A stretch of DNA of 64,000 nt from Rickettsiaceae bacterium (GTDB taxonomy: Bacteria; Pseudomonadota; Alphaproteobacteria; Rickettsiales; UBA1997), in contig JAJTCH010000003.1 of NCBI GenBank assembly GCA_021323225.1, positions 96,141-160,140 of the forward strand. The letters run 5' to 3'. How positions within the stretch are numbered: the stretch's first letter is position 1; every line of letters starts with the position of its first letter. The notes under the pieces are model-generated. The model saw nothing but the letters and a program-made list of their open reading frames with translations. It ran no database searches and was not told where the DNA came from. The translations under genes and the position numbers were made by a program. Below, piece by piece: positions 38,525-48,100 of this stretch.

Positions 38525-40258
38525 ATGAGCAAAAATATAGATCTCGAACAGTATTATGAAAAAACCATTAAAGTATGTGAAGAAGCTCTAAGGTTAAATC
38601 AAAGTTTTGATTCATATAACAAGCTGGGAGATGCTTATTGTAATGCTGGTAACTATCCCCAAGCTATAATAAATTATTCACAAGCTCTAAATTTTTCTAA
38701 CGAGCCGCTAATATTAGCAGAAATATATAGCAAGATTGGAGAGGTTTATCATGACTTAGAGGATTATAATCAAGCTATATTCAGTTACTCAGAAGCTTTA
38801 AAACTCCAACCGGAAAGTGACATATATCTTACTACCAGATCCGATCTTTATTTGAAGATAGGGAATTATCAGAATGCTATAGAGGATTATAAAAGAGCCA
38901 TAGAACTACATCCTGCCTCATATATGTATTCCAATCTTGCCGATATATTTAAAAAGCAATGGTATATCGCCAATGTAGGTGGCGTAAGTTATGAAGAGGA
39001 GAAAAAAGATGGAGAACCGCAAAGAGATAATCAAGAAAATTCTCGGCCTGTGGTCCGTCAGATTTTACCTTCTTTTTATGTAGAATCTCAGCTTCCTTCC
39101 ACTCCGGATATATTGGCCGATATTGTTGACTTTGACCGTACTTGCCGCAAACAAGAAAAGGTTCTTTTTCGGGCAATATGCCATGAATTATATAATGTTA
39201 AAGAAAATCGTCCAATCATGGATATAGCTGCTTGGAAGGCAATAAATGGAGCACCGAAGCTTTCTATTCGAGCCACCAAAGGAGGTGATGTGTCGGCATT
39301 AGGTGGAAGAAAAGATTCTGCGGGAGAAGCTGAAGGAGGTACTGGTACAATATATATTGCTTTGGATATTAACAATAAGGCCGATAGTGCATGTACATCA
39401 ATCCACGAGATGATGCATCTAGTCATTACCGTGATAGCACAAAACAAATTTAAAGCTTACAAGAAAGGACAAAAATCCGATTATGTTAAAATCATAAATG
39501 CTTCCAAAGAAGCAGAAATGATGGCATTAACAGATAAAGAACAGCACGCAGTTTCTGCCATGCTGCTTCCATATAATGCCCCATCATATGAAGAGCGCCA
39601 TGGCAAGGCATGGAAAGAAGAACGAATTGCAGTCATCACAGAATTATGTACTGCGTCAGGATATGATGTTGTAAAGAGGATATATGATAGGGAGCTGGCA
39701 TATTTTGAAGAAATATTAGAGGAGTGTCAGATATTTCTAGAAAAAGAAAGATGGCAGCCAAGACCTTACGTTTTGCATGTGGCAGCTGCAGTTGTCTCAA
39801 CTGAAGAAACAGTAAATCGTGCCAATATCGCTAAAGCCATTTCCTGGAGAGCGCAATATAAAAAATTCGGCACACTTCGTCTTCAAGTCAAAGATGGTGA
39901 TAAGATTTTTGACCAAATTCTGCAAATCCTAATTGATAATAAAAACCCCACAGACCAGCTTCTAGAAAAGCTTTATAAAGACGGAAACAAAAAAGCGCTG
40001 GAGGATTTTTGCAATGCCTGTGCTAAAGTTTGCGAGAGTGCGTTTATTATTACCAAAGGTGGATTTTGCGGCACAAAAAAGACCTATAGATTTGATGAAG
40101 AAAAATTCGACAAAAAACTTTTAGCAAAAACTGTTGAAAAAGAAGCGGCGAAATTACAGCCATTAATAAAATCAGTAGAAGAGCTTTTTCCTTCCGGTAA
40201 GGTATCGATGGCAAATGCTGGAGAAGTCGCCATTAAACAAATCGGTTCTCGCGAATAA
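38525..40258 (+). CDS. TPR-repeat protein with a C-terminal HExxH (zincin-like) domain
   Basis: At least 3 TPRs (LGDAYCNAGNYPQAIINYSQALNF; YHDLEDYNQAIFSYSEALKLQP; YLKIGNYQNAIEDYKRAIELHP). The later CTSIHEMMHLV contains the HExxH motif. Confidence 0.55.
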   Translation: MSKNIDLEQYYEKTIKVCEEALRLNQSFDSYNKLGDAYCNAGNYPQAIINYSQALNFSNEPLILAEIYSKIGEVYHDLEDYNQAIFSYSEALKLQPESDIYLTTRSDLYLKIGNYQNAIEDYKRAIELHPASYMYSNLADIFKKQWYIANVGGVSYEEEKKDGEPQRDNQENSRPVVRQILPSFYVESQLPSTPDILADIVDFDRTCRKQEKVLFRAICHELYNVKENRPIMDIAAWKAINGAPKLSIRATKGGDVSALGGRKDSAGEAEGGTGTIYIALDINNKADSACTSIHEMMHLVITVIAQNKFKAYKKGQKSDYVKIINASKEAEMMALTDKEQHAVSAMLLPYNAPSYEERHGKAWKEERIAVITELCTASGYDVVKRIYDRELAYFEEILEECQIFLEKERWQPRPYVLHVAAAVVSTEETVNRANIAKAISWRAQYKKFGTLRLQVKDGDKIFDQILQILIDNKNPTDQLLEKLYKDGNKKALEDFCNACAKVCESAFIITKGGFCGTKKTYRFDEEKFDKKLLAKTVEKEAAKLQPLIKSVEELFPSGKVSMANAGEVAIKQIGSRE

Positions 40259-40274
40259 TTTGTGGAAAATTGAG

Positions 40275-43200
40275 TTAATTTTCTCTTCCTGCCTGTTGTT
40301 GAATTTGCGGATGTATGTCAATGGGTTCAGGAGAAGCGGAAGGTCTTTCCTTCTCCTCCCTTTCTTTCTCTTCCTCATTATGCATTTGCTCCAAATCAGG
40401 GAAAATCTTCTCGCAGTCAGTTTTAAATTTTTCTAAAGATTGGTCATTTAAAATTTCCGGTAGTGCTTTTTTAAGGACGAGATATGTTCCGATATCAATG
40501 TAATCTGTTTGATAATTATCAAATTCATCGCCTGATTTTTCTTCCGAAAGGTCATTTAGTCTTTTGGTTAGTTTGGTGACATTCTCTTCACCTCCCACTA
40601 ATTCTTCAATCAAATCACTGCGCTTTGGAATAAAATTGCCTTCACTATCACGAAATGATTTTTTTAGTTCTTCCACCAACCCTTTATATGAGATGAGGCT
40701 ATTATCAATTACAGGTAAATCTAATATACTAACTCCTGAAGCTTGGTCGGTGAGGTGGTCTTCGCCGCTATTATTCAATATCGGCACAGCGATCTTTTCT
40801 GAAAAAACGCAATATAATAATCGAGCGCAAGAATCTGGTATCAAAACCTTCAAAATTTCCGTTTCAACTTTGCTGGCAAAATTGGCAACACAGCCATCCT
40901 CTAAGCTGCCGATAGAGTTGGTCAAACCAGCTAAGCCTCCTTCTTTTTGAAGAAGACACATTAGTTTGCTTTTATTTCTGACAAAATATTCCTTAAGTTT
41001 TTCCTGATTTTTTTCACTAATCTCAATATCAAGATTGAGCAATGTTTTAAAAAACGAATATATTTCTTTATCAGCAAGATTTTCTTCTTTTGTGGCTAAT
41101 AATCTTTTGAATTCCTCAATAAGTTCGGGATGCTGTTCTGGTGCAACAAGGGAATCTTGAAAATTGATCTGGCAATCATCAATTGTCTCCTGGCTTAATT
41201 CTAAAATTTCTTCAAATTGAACTTTGCTTTTTAAATATCTGGTTAGATATTCCATTTTTGGTAAGCCAAGATCATCAAATAATATCGTTAATTTCTCCGC
41301 TTCTGATTCTGAAATATAAGCATAATTTTCTGTAGGGTGGAAATTCTCTGCCATTTGTTCGCGGAATTCTTGCTTTAAAAGCGCTAAAAAATTCCCCATA
41401 TCATCATTGATGTCATAATAGGCAAACACTGATTTTAAAGTGATGTCATCAATATTTTCGCCAAATAATTCTTTTAGTGTTGTGATTCCTTCTTCTGTCA
41501 GGCAATCTTCTAATTTTGCATCACCAAGCAGCGAAGGTATGACATGATATTTGCTGCCTATTCTATCTTTGGCGATTTCTAGAATATCTCTTTCCCTCAG
41601 ATAGTTTTGCGCTGCTCTTAATGTATCAAGAGCAATATAATCAGTTCTCAGGTTAGAAATGAATTGTTTGATGATTTCTATATCATCTGGTGTTTGTTGA
41701 AGTAATCCGTAATTAAGAAATTGAAAAAAGAGATATGTCTGAGAAATTTCGTTATTCGGATATAGCCCTCTACATATTCTAGGAATATCTTGATTTGAAA
41801 GCTCTGTTTCTTTCCACAATGCTATAATTGTCCTAAATTCTTCTTGGTTTGTTATATGTGCCAAGTCGGATTTTAGAATATTTATGATGTCATTAACGCT
41901 GCAATTATTTTGTCTGATCCAAAAAAATATAGCATTGTCTTTTGTATTTTGATTATCCGTTAATGATGTGAATTTTCTAAACTCCTCAATTCCAAGACCA
42001 TGACTATTCTCAAACTTATGGATCAATGTAAGCAAGAACTGATCTCTCTGCTCTTTAAGAAGTAGTGGTGATAACCATTTAAATTGGTCGGGACTAATAT
42101 TATTTTCCGGTTTTCCTATCCAATTACTTAAAAGATTATTGCCCGTTTCAACATTTGGGATAATTTTTTTGTTCGGATCTTCAAAACCCTTAAATGATTC
42201 TTTTATTTTGATAAGCTGTTCAAGGTCAATATTGTTCTCTGCTTTTTTAAGCCACGCCAATACAATATCGTGAGATGTAATTTCTTCCTTTTCTAGATTG
42301 GCGATTTTTACAATTTCATCAAAACTAATGTTATTTTTAGGGTTGTTGAGCCAAATTCTAAGAATATCATTACAATGATGATATGAAAGATTTACAGTTT
42401 TTTTTACGAGTTCAGCAAGACCAATATTCAATACATGATCAGAATTTTCTTTAAGCCAGGATAGCAAAATAGAATATGCTTCCCGGTTTTCTGCTTTTTC
42501 GTGTAGAAGCGATATGAAACCATCAAGGGCTTTATTATTTATCGGCTCTTTATGTGGAAATTCCAAAACATCTCGATTATTTAATAATAAGCTTAAGTTC
42601 CTTTTAAGCTCATCCATCGGAGATAGATCCGATTCTTTTAATTCTTCTTCAGGCAATGCTTCGTCCCTCCTCAATCTTTCTATCATTGAGTGGAAATATT
42701 TAGATCCTTCTTCTGTTAAGAAATTTATATATTTTGTATTCTCAAGCAGTGAGGCTATAGATTGGTATTTGTTGCCTATTCTATTTTCAAATATTTCCAG
42801 AAGATCCTGTTGTTCCAACATATTCCATTCTTCTGGATTATCCATTTCTCTAAACAGAGGTGTTTGCGCTCTTCTAAATACCATGTATACAGCTTCATCA
42901 CTTCGTAGCCCGGAAATAAAATTTTTGATAATTCTTATATCTGTCGGCGTTTTTTGTAAAATTCTGTCCTCAATAAATTGATTAAAGAGTTCTGCCTGAG
43001 AAATTTCGTCATCTGGGTGCAATATTTTGCATAATGTAATGATTTCACTATTTGGAAGTAAGGCTTTTTCATATAATGATGAATTTGTATAATGATAATA
43101 TTTAATGCCTAGTTTCACAATAATTTGTGCAAGATCATTGGTGCTCAGGTTTGGCTTTAATTTTTCAATACATAATTTTGCAAGCCTAGGAGTGTAAGAT

Positions 43201-43991
43201 GAGGAAAAATTTACTATTTCTTTAGAATCCAATATCTCTTTAATATCCTCAGCGCCAAGATTATTACCCTGTTCTTCAAACCACGATTCTAGAATTTTAA
43301 TACGGTTGCCCTCAGAATTTTGATTGCTTAATAACGAGCTTAATTTCTTTTTAAGATCATCTATCGGTTTAGATTTATTAGATGCTACCACAGATTGTTG
43401 CTCTTTGCGTTTTATATCACCCTTGATCTCCGCAATATCTTCCTCTCCCAATATTTCCTTTTCCTTAATTGCTTCCAGAAAATTGAGTGCAACATAATTA
43501 TTCTTTAGGCGGGAAATAAACTTTTTAATAATTTTTATATCTGCAGGTGTTTTTTGCAGTAAATCACCATTGATAAATTTTGAAAAGAGATTTGCCTGAG
43601 AAGTTTCATTCTCTAGATAAGACATTATACATAAGTAAGGTAATTCATTATGTGTAATAGCGGACATTTTATATAATCTTATGATTCTGCTAAAATCATT
43701 TTGATTAAGCTGGATCATAAGATCTATGAATTCATCGCTACTTAAATTTTCTTTTGATTTTTCAACCCATATTTTTTCAATTTCACTATATTTTTCTTCT
43801 GAATCTAAATCTCCAAATGATTTTATTATTTCTATAATTTCATCAAAACTGAGATTATTGCCAGGCTCACTAAGCCAGGACAATATACCTTTCCTGTCTT
43901 TGAGTGATAATGACATTTTATTTTCCAGAGCAATTACTGCTTGTGAATCGGACATGGATAATTCCTTAGACCCTTTGCTATTTTCCGGCAT
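40275..43991 (-). CDS. Member 2 (1238 aa) of the giant paralog family
   Basis: At least 7 copies of the W(L/I)xxPxNN(I/L)SxD(E/Q) repeat, 3 copies of the LYPNNE-type module, and a C-terminal core with LEDGCVANFAS, IPDSCARLLY, IDIGTYLVLKKALPEI and CEKIFP. Confidence 0.7.
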   Translation of the reverse strand: MPENSKGSKELSMSDSQAVIALENKMSLSLKDRKGILSWLSEPGNNLSFDEIIEIIKSFGDLDSEEKYSEIEKIWVEKSKENLSSDEFIDLMIQLNQNDFSRIIRLYKMSAITHNELPYLCIMSYLENETSQANLFSKFINGDLLQKTPADIKIIKKFISRLKNNYVALNFLEAIKEKEILGEEDIAEIKGDIKRKEQQSVVASNKSKPIDDLKKKLSSLLSNQNSEGNRIKILESWFEEQGNNLGAEDIKEILDSKEIVNFSSSYTPRLAKLCIEKLKPNLSTNDLAQIIVKLGIKYYHYTNSSLYEKALLPNSEIITLCKILHPDDEISQAELFNQFIEDRILQKTPTDIRIIKNFISGLRSDEAVYMVFRRAQTPLFREMDNPEEWNMLEQQDLLEIFENRIGNKYQSIASLLENTKYINFLTEEGSKYFHSMIERLRRDEALPEEELKESDLSPMDELKRNLSLLLNNRDVLEFPHKEPINNKALDGFISLLHEKAENREAYSILLSWLKENSDHVLNIGLAELVKKTVNLSYHHCNDILRIWLNNPKNNISFDEIVKIANLEKEEITSHDIVLAWLKKAENNIDLEQLIKIKESFKGFEDPNKKIIPNVETGNNLLSNWIGKPENNISPDQFKWLSPLLLKEQRDQFLLTLIHKFENSHGLGIEEFRKFTSLTDNQNTKDNAIFFWIRQNNCSVNDIINILKSDLAHITNQEEFRTIIALWKETELSNQDIPRICRGLYPNNEISQTYLFFQFLNYGLLQQTPDDIEIIKQFISNLRTDYIALDTLRAAQNYLRERDILEIAKDRIGSKYHVIPSLLGDAKLEDCLTEEGITTLKELFGENIDDITLKSVFAYYDINDDMGNFLALLKQEFREQMAENFHPTENYAYISESEAEKLTILFDDLGLPKMEYLTRYLKSKVQFEEILELSQETIDDCQINFQDSLVAPEQHPELIEEFKRLLATKEENLADKEIYSFFKTLLNLDIEISEKNQEKLKEYFVRNKSKLMCLLQKEGGLAGLTNSIGSLEDGCVANFASKVETEILKVLIPDSCARLLYCVFSEKIAVPILNNSGEDHLTDQASGVSILDLPVIDNSLISYKGLVEELKKSFRDSEGNFIPKRSDLIEELVGGEENVTKLTKRLNDLSEEKSGDEFDNYQTDYIDIGTYLVLKKALPEILNDQSLEKFKTDCEKIFPDLEQMHNEEEKEREEKERPSASPEPIDIHPQIQQQAGREN

Positions 43992-44185
43992 GAATTTTAA
44001 CTTTTGAGATTATGTTATGAGATGTGGTTTTGATATGAATTTTCCTTGTATAGGTAAAAAGTTAATTTACAAATCTATTTTGCCTTTTGGGCTATTTTTA
44101 AGGTAAAAACCTTTATTTTAGAGCTTCTAACGCTTAACCAGGAGGGACATTCAATAAATGTGGGGTTTTAAATGAGTTGGTCGCT

Positions 44186-44248
44186 TCAAATCAGCTTTAT
44201 TTCTTCCAGCTTCCTGATTTTATCCCGCAATTCTGCGGCGATTTCAAA
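44186..44248 (-). repeat. Diverged copy of the last 20 codons plus stop of uvrB
   Basis: The minus strand reads [20 protein letters not shown], against the uvrB end [20 protein letters not shown]. About 6 nt differences in 63, and similarity stops exactly at the stop codon. Confidence 0.8.
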
Positions 44249-44249
44249 T

Positions 44250-45057
44250 GAGTGGCAATGTGGTAACGCATCCATCCAGCCGCTATAGATGCAGATGGTA
44301 AATTTGCTTAAGCCCCTTCATTTTTAAAAAGATAGATAAAATTATTTTTATTCTCGAAAAAAAAGTTCCCTAAGTTTTGTCTGGTTTTCTCATTAATTTC
44401 AACTTCAAGATTTAGCATTTTTTTACAAAATGTTACTTCTCCATTGGTCAGACCTTCTTTTTTGCGTCTAATAATCTTTTGAATTCACGAAGAATTGTTG
44501 CCTGATTTTCCGGCGTGATGAAAGAATCATAAAATTGTTCCGGCTCTTTTACTTCTTCTTGGGTAGAAGGTTCGTCAAGACTAAATTTTTTAAGAGCTTC
44601 CAGGTTTTTTAAAGCAATAGCAGGATTGTTAAAATTGATCTGACAACCAGCAATCATGCTTTTGCTGAATCTTGGAATTATCGGCACTTCATTTTGCAAA
44701 TAATGAGTCAGATGAAATATTATAGGAAAATCTATGCAGTCAGAGCCTGCAAATTTTTATATTTCTGTCTGGATAAGTAGGGATATTTTTCTATCGGTTG
44801 GAAATTTGATCTTATTTCCTTCGCGGCGCTAGTAAGATTGGTTGGTTGACGGTATTATAATTTTGTTAAGATCATCAGAACTGCAAATGAATTGCTCATT
44901 TTTGAAACAAGATTCTATAACCTCTTTTCCGTCAGTTATTGATATTGGTGGCAATATTCTTCTAAGCCCAGAAGCATCAAATTCCTTTTCAAATTCTTTA
45001 AAAAAGATATTGCTGCCTCTCCAAGCTGCATTCCCCTTACATTCAGTTTTTCTTTGA
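44250..45057 (-). pseudogene. Decayed, 5'- and 3'-truncated fourth member of the giant paralog family
   Basis: Minus-strand reading gives family blocks interrupted by stops and frameshifts: ..FPTDRKISLLIQTEI*.., MIAGCQINFNNP, ILREFKRLL, FIYLFKNEG, and DGCV directly abutting the uvrB-tail copy. Confidence 0.75.
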
Positions 45058-45183
45058 ATTATAAAAATTTACCAATAATTTCAAATTTAATTTGATTATC
45101 TCTTGTTAGAAACAAGCAATAGCTTTTTATAAAAATTTAAATTTCAAAAATATTAAAATTCTAGCAAACCAATAGAAAAATAT

Positions 45184-48100
45184 ATGAAACCAGAACTAGA
45201 GACAAAAGAACTAGAGACAAAAGAATTAGAAGTCTCATCAGAAGCTTTATTAAAACAAGAGATTGAATTAATGGATGTATCAGAACGATCATCTTTTTTA
45301 AAATCCTATCTGAAAGAGCCACAGAATAATTTTAGTTTTGATTTTCTTATTGAAGCAGCAGCATCGCTTAGGGTGGAGTGGGAATATCGTAAAGTTATGG
45401 AAGCCTGGATTGAAAAACCAACAAACAAGATTAATGCTGATTATCCCAGATTTCTTTTAAAGAAACATTATAATCAAGGAGCGAAAGGATATGATTATGA
45501 TTATTGTAGTGCAATTCAATCATTTTTCTTAGTCTGGCTTGAAGAACCAGAAAACAATCTTAGCCTTGATGAGGTTAAAGAGATATCTCTATCTCTTAGC
45601 GAATATAGAGATGAATCACTTTTTGTAAAATGGCTCAAAAAACCAGAAAACAATCTTAGCCTTGATGAGCTTAAACAAAAATTGTCATCGGTTAGTGAAT
45701 ATCAAGATAATTCATTGCTCTTGGCTTGGATCGAGAAACCGGAAAATAAACGCAAAATTAGTTTTAATTCTATTATAGAGCTGTCATCAAATTCTGATCC
45801 TGATGATGAAGATGATGTTAATGAAATTATAGAAATATGGGTTGAAGGTCGAGATTTTGATTTTATTCAACGCCAATCATTATTAAATCTTGATAAAGAA
45901 AATCTTTTTAGGATAGCAGGATTGTGGATCTCTTCCCTACCATCAGAAATCTTGTATGAAAATTTTGTAAAAGTTATTAGTTCTGATCTTCTTGGTAGTG
46001 AGTATAGAAATGATGTTAAAAAAGTCGTAGAATTATGCAAAGGACTCGGTTTTCCAGATACTGATATTCCAAATCTCTGCAATGACCTATATCCTAATAA
46101 CGAGGCAATGCAGATTGCTCTGCTTGACGCCTACACAAATTTGCTAAGGCAAAAACTTAGAGTAATGCCTCCATTAAAGCATTCATCTTTTTTAGAATCC
46201 TATCTAAAAGACCCAAAACACAATTTTAGTTTCGATTTCCTTATCGAAACATTTTCATTAAGTTCTGATTATAGAAGAAAATATGATAACATTTTAAAAG
46301 TTTGGCTTAAGAAACCAGAAAACAAAATTAGTTTTAATGATCTTAAAGGTCGTTTAGAAAAATATTTTAGCCAAGAAAAAAATCAGCATAATAGTCGTGA
46401 AATTTATTCCTTTTTCTTATCCTGGATTAAAGAACCAGGAAACAAAATAGGTCTTGATGAGATTAGTTTTAATTCTATTAAAGAATTGTCATCAGATTGT
46501 GGTTTTGAAGAAGATGTTTTTGAGGAAATAATAACGAAATGGGTTAGAGATCGAGATTTTGATTTTATTAAAGGCCAATCATTATTAGTTTCAGAGGAAG
46601 ATTTTGTTAAGATTGCAGTATTATGGTTATGTAGTCTGCCGCCGGAAATATTGTATGAAAACCTCGTTAAAGTTATTGGATCTAATCTTATTTTTAATAA
46701 GTATAGTGCTGAAGATGTAGAAGATATTTGCAATTATACTTCTCTTACCTTCCCAAATATCCTAAATCTCTGCCATGATCTGTACCCAAACAATGAAATG
46801 ATACAGGCTGATCTTTTTAATGCTTGTATCGAATCTGAAATGTTTGAAAAAACAGAAGAAAATTTATCTATCATCAAGAAATTCCTCAGCAACTTAAAAC
46901 AAGACGATATTGCGCTTGATTTTCTGAGGGGAATAGAAAATGAATTAGAGTTGAGCAATTTAGATATTCTAAAAATTGCCGAAGGAAGAATTCATGCAAA
47001 CTATCAATCCATGGCCAGGTTACTTGGCAAAGCCAAACTGGAAGAGTGCGTAACAAAAGCGGGACTTAAAATATTAAAAGAGTTGTTTGGTTCTAACATT
47101 TCTGAAACGGCCACATTGTCCTCAATCTTCTCTTATTATGATATTAAGGACGATATGGAGGGCTTTATTTCAATTTTGAATCCGGAATTTCACAATGAGA
47201 TAATAGCAAATTTTTTTCTCCCAGAAAAATACCTTTATATATCAGGTAAAGAACGTAAAAAACTAAAAGCTTTGACTGGTAAAAGCCTACCATCGATGCA
47301 TCATTTAAGCTCTTATTTGCAAAGAATGGTGCCGCCAATTCCGGGGCTGAGTGATGAATTAATCAGTAATTGTCAGATAAATTTTGAAGATTCAACAATT
47401 GCAGTAGAGAAACAGCCAGAGATTCTTGCTGAATTCAAAACATTATTATCCAAATCAAAAGCAGAGCTTACCAAAGAAAAAGTAACATCATTCTTTAAGA
47501 AGGTACTAAATCTTGAGGGTGAGATTAGTGAGGAAATTCTCGCTGGATTCAAAGAATTATTGGCTAAATCGAAAGAGGAGCAAAAGGATGAGGTCAGTGA
47601 TCAAGAAGTAATATCCTTCTTCAAAAAAGCGCTGAATCTTAAAGATGAGGTTAGTAAAAATAACCAAGAAAAGCTCCTAGGAATTCTTGCTGACTTTAAA
47701 GAATTAATAACCAAACCAGAAAAAGATCTTACTGATCAAGAAGTAATAATATCCTTCCTAAAAAAAGCACTAGGTCTTGAAGTTAAGATTAACGAGGATA
47801 ATCAAACAAAACTCCTGGATTTTTTTGCTGACAACAAAAATGAATTGGTCTGTCTTTTTCAAACTAAGGAAGGTATTGGCAAATTTGCCTCCTGTATCCA
47901 GACTTTAGGAGATGGTTGCGTTGCCAACATTGCCACACAATTTAATCTTGCCCTTTATCAGTCACTGATTACCGACCCTTGTGCTCAAATATTATATTCC
48001 GTTTTCTCACAAAAAATTGCTCCTCCGATATTAAATGGTGGGGGAGATAATCTTACCAGTGATACTGCCGGAATTAACCCGTTACAAGCCAAAATTATCA

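Noticed and set aside
39140-39200. OTU-like motif VLFRAICHEL in the TPR-HExxH protein
   Set aside because: The OTU signature is D-G-N-C-(L/F)-F-R-A. The catalytic Cys position is Val here and no downstream His motif was evident, so I judge the resemblance fortuitous.
40564-42981. Plus-strand ORFs of 128 and 155 aa inside the 1238-aa gene. Similar antisense ORFs occur inside purH, thrS, uvrB, nrdA and the Cys-rich gene (e.g. 52460-52921, 56605-57129).
   Set aside because: These are shadow ORFs antisense to long, well-supported genes. Their translations are low-complexity Ser/Leu/Phe/Ile-rich and show no motifs.
44842-45057. 71-aa plus-strand ORF upstream of the 1225-aa gene
   Set aside because: It lies antisense to the decayed family pseudogene, whose minus-strand reading shows recognisable family blocks.
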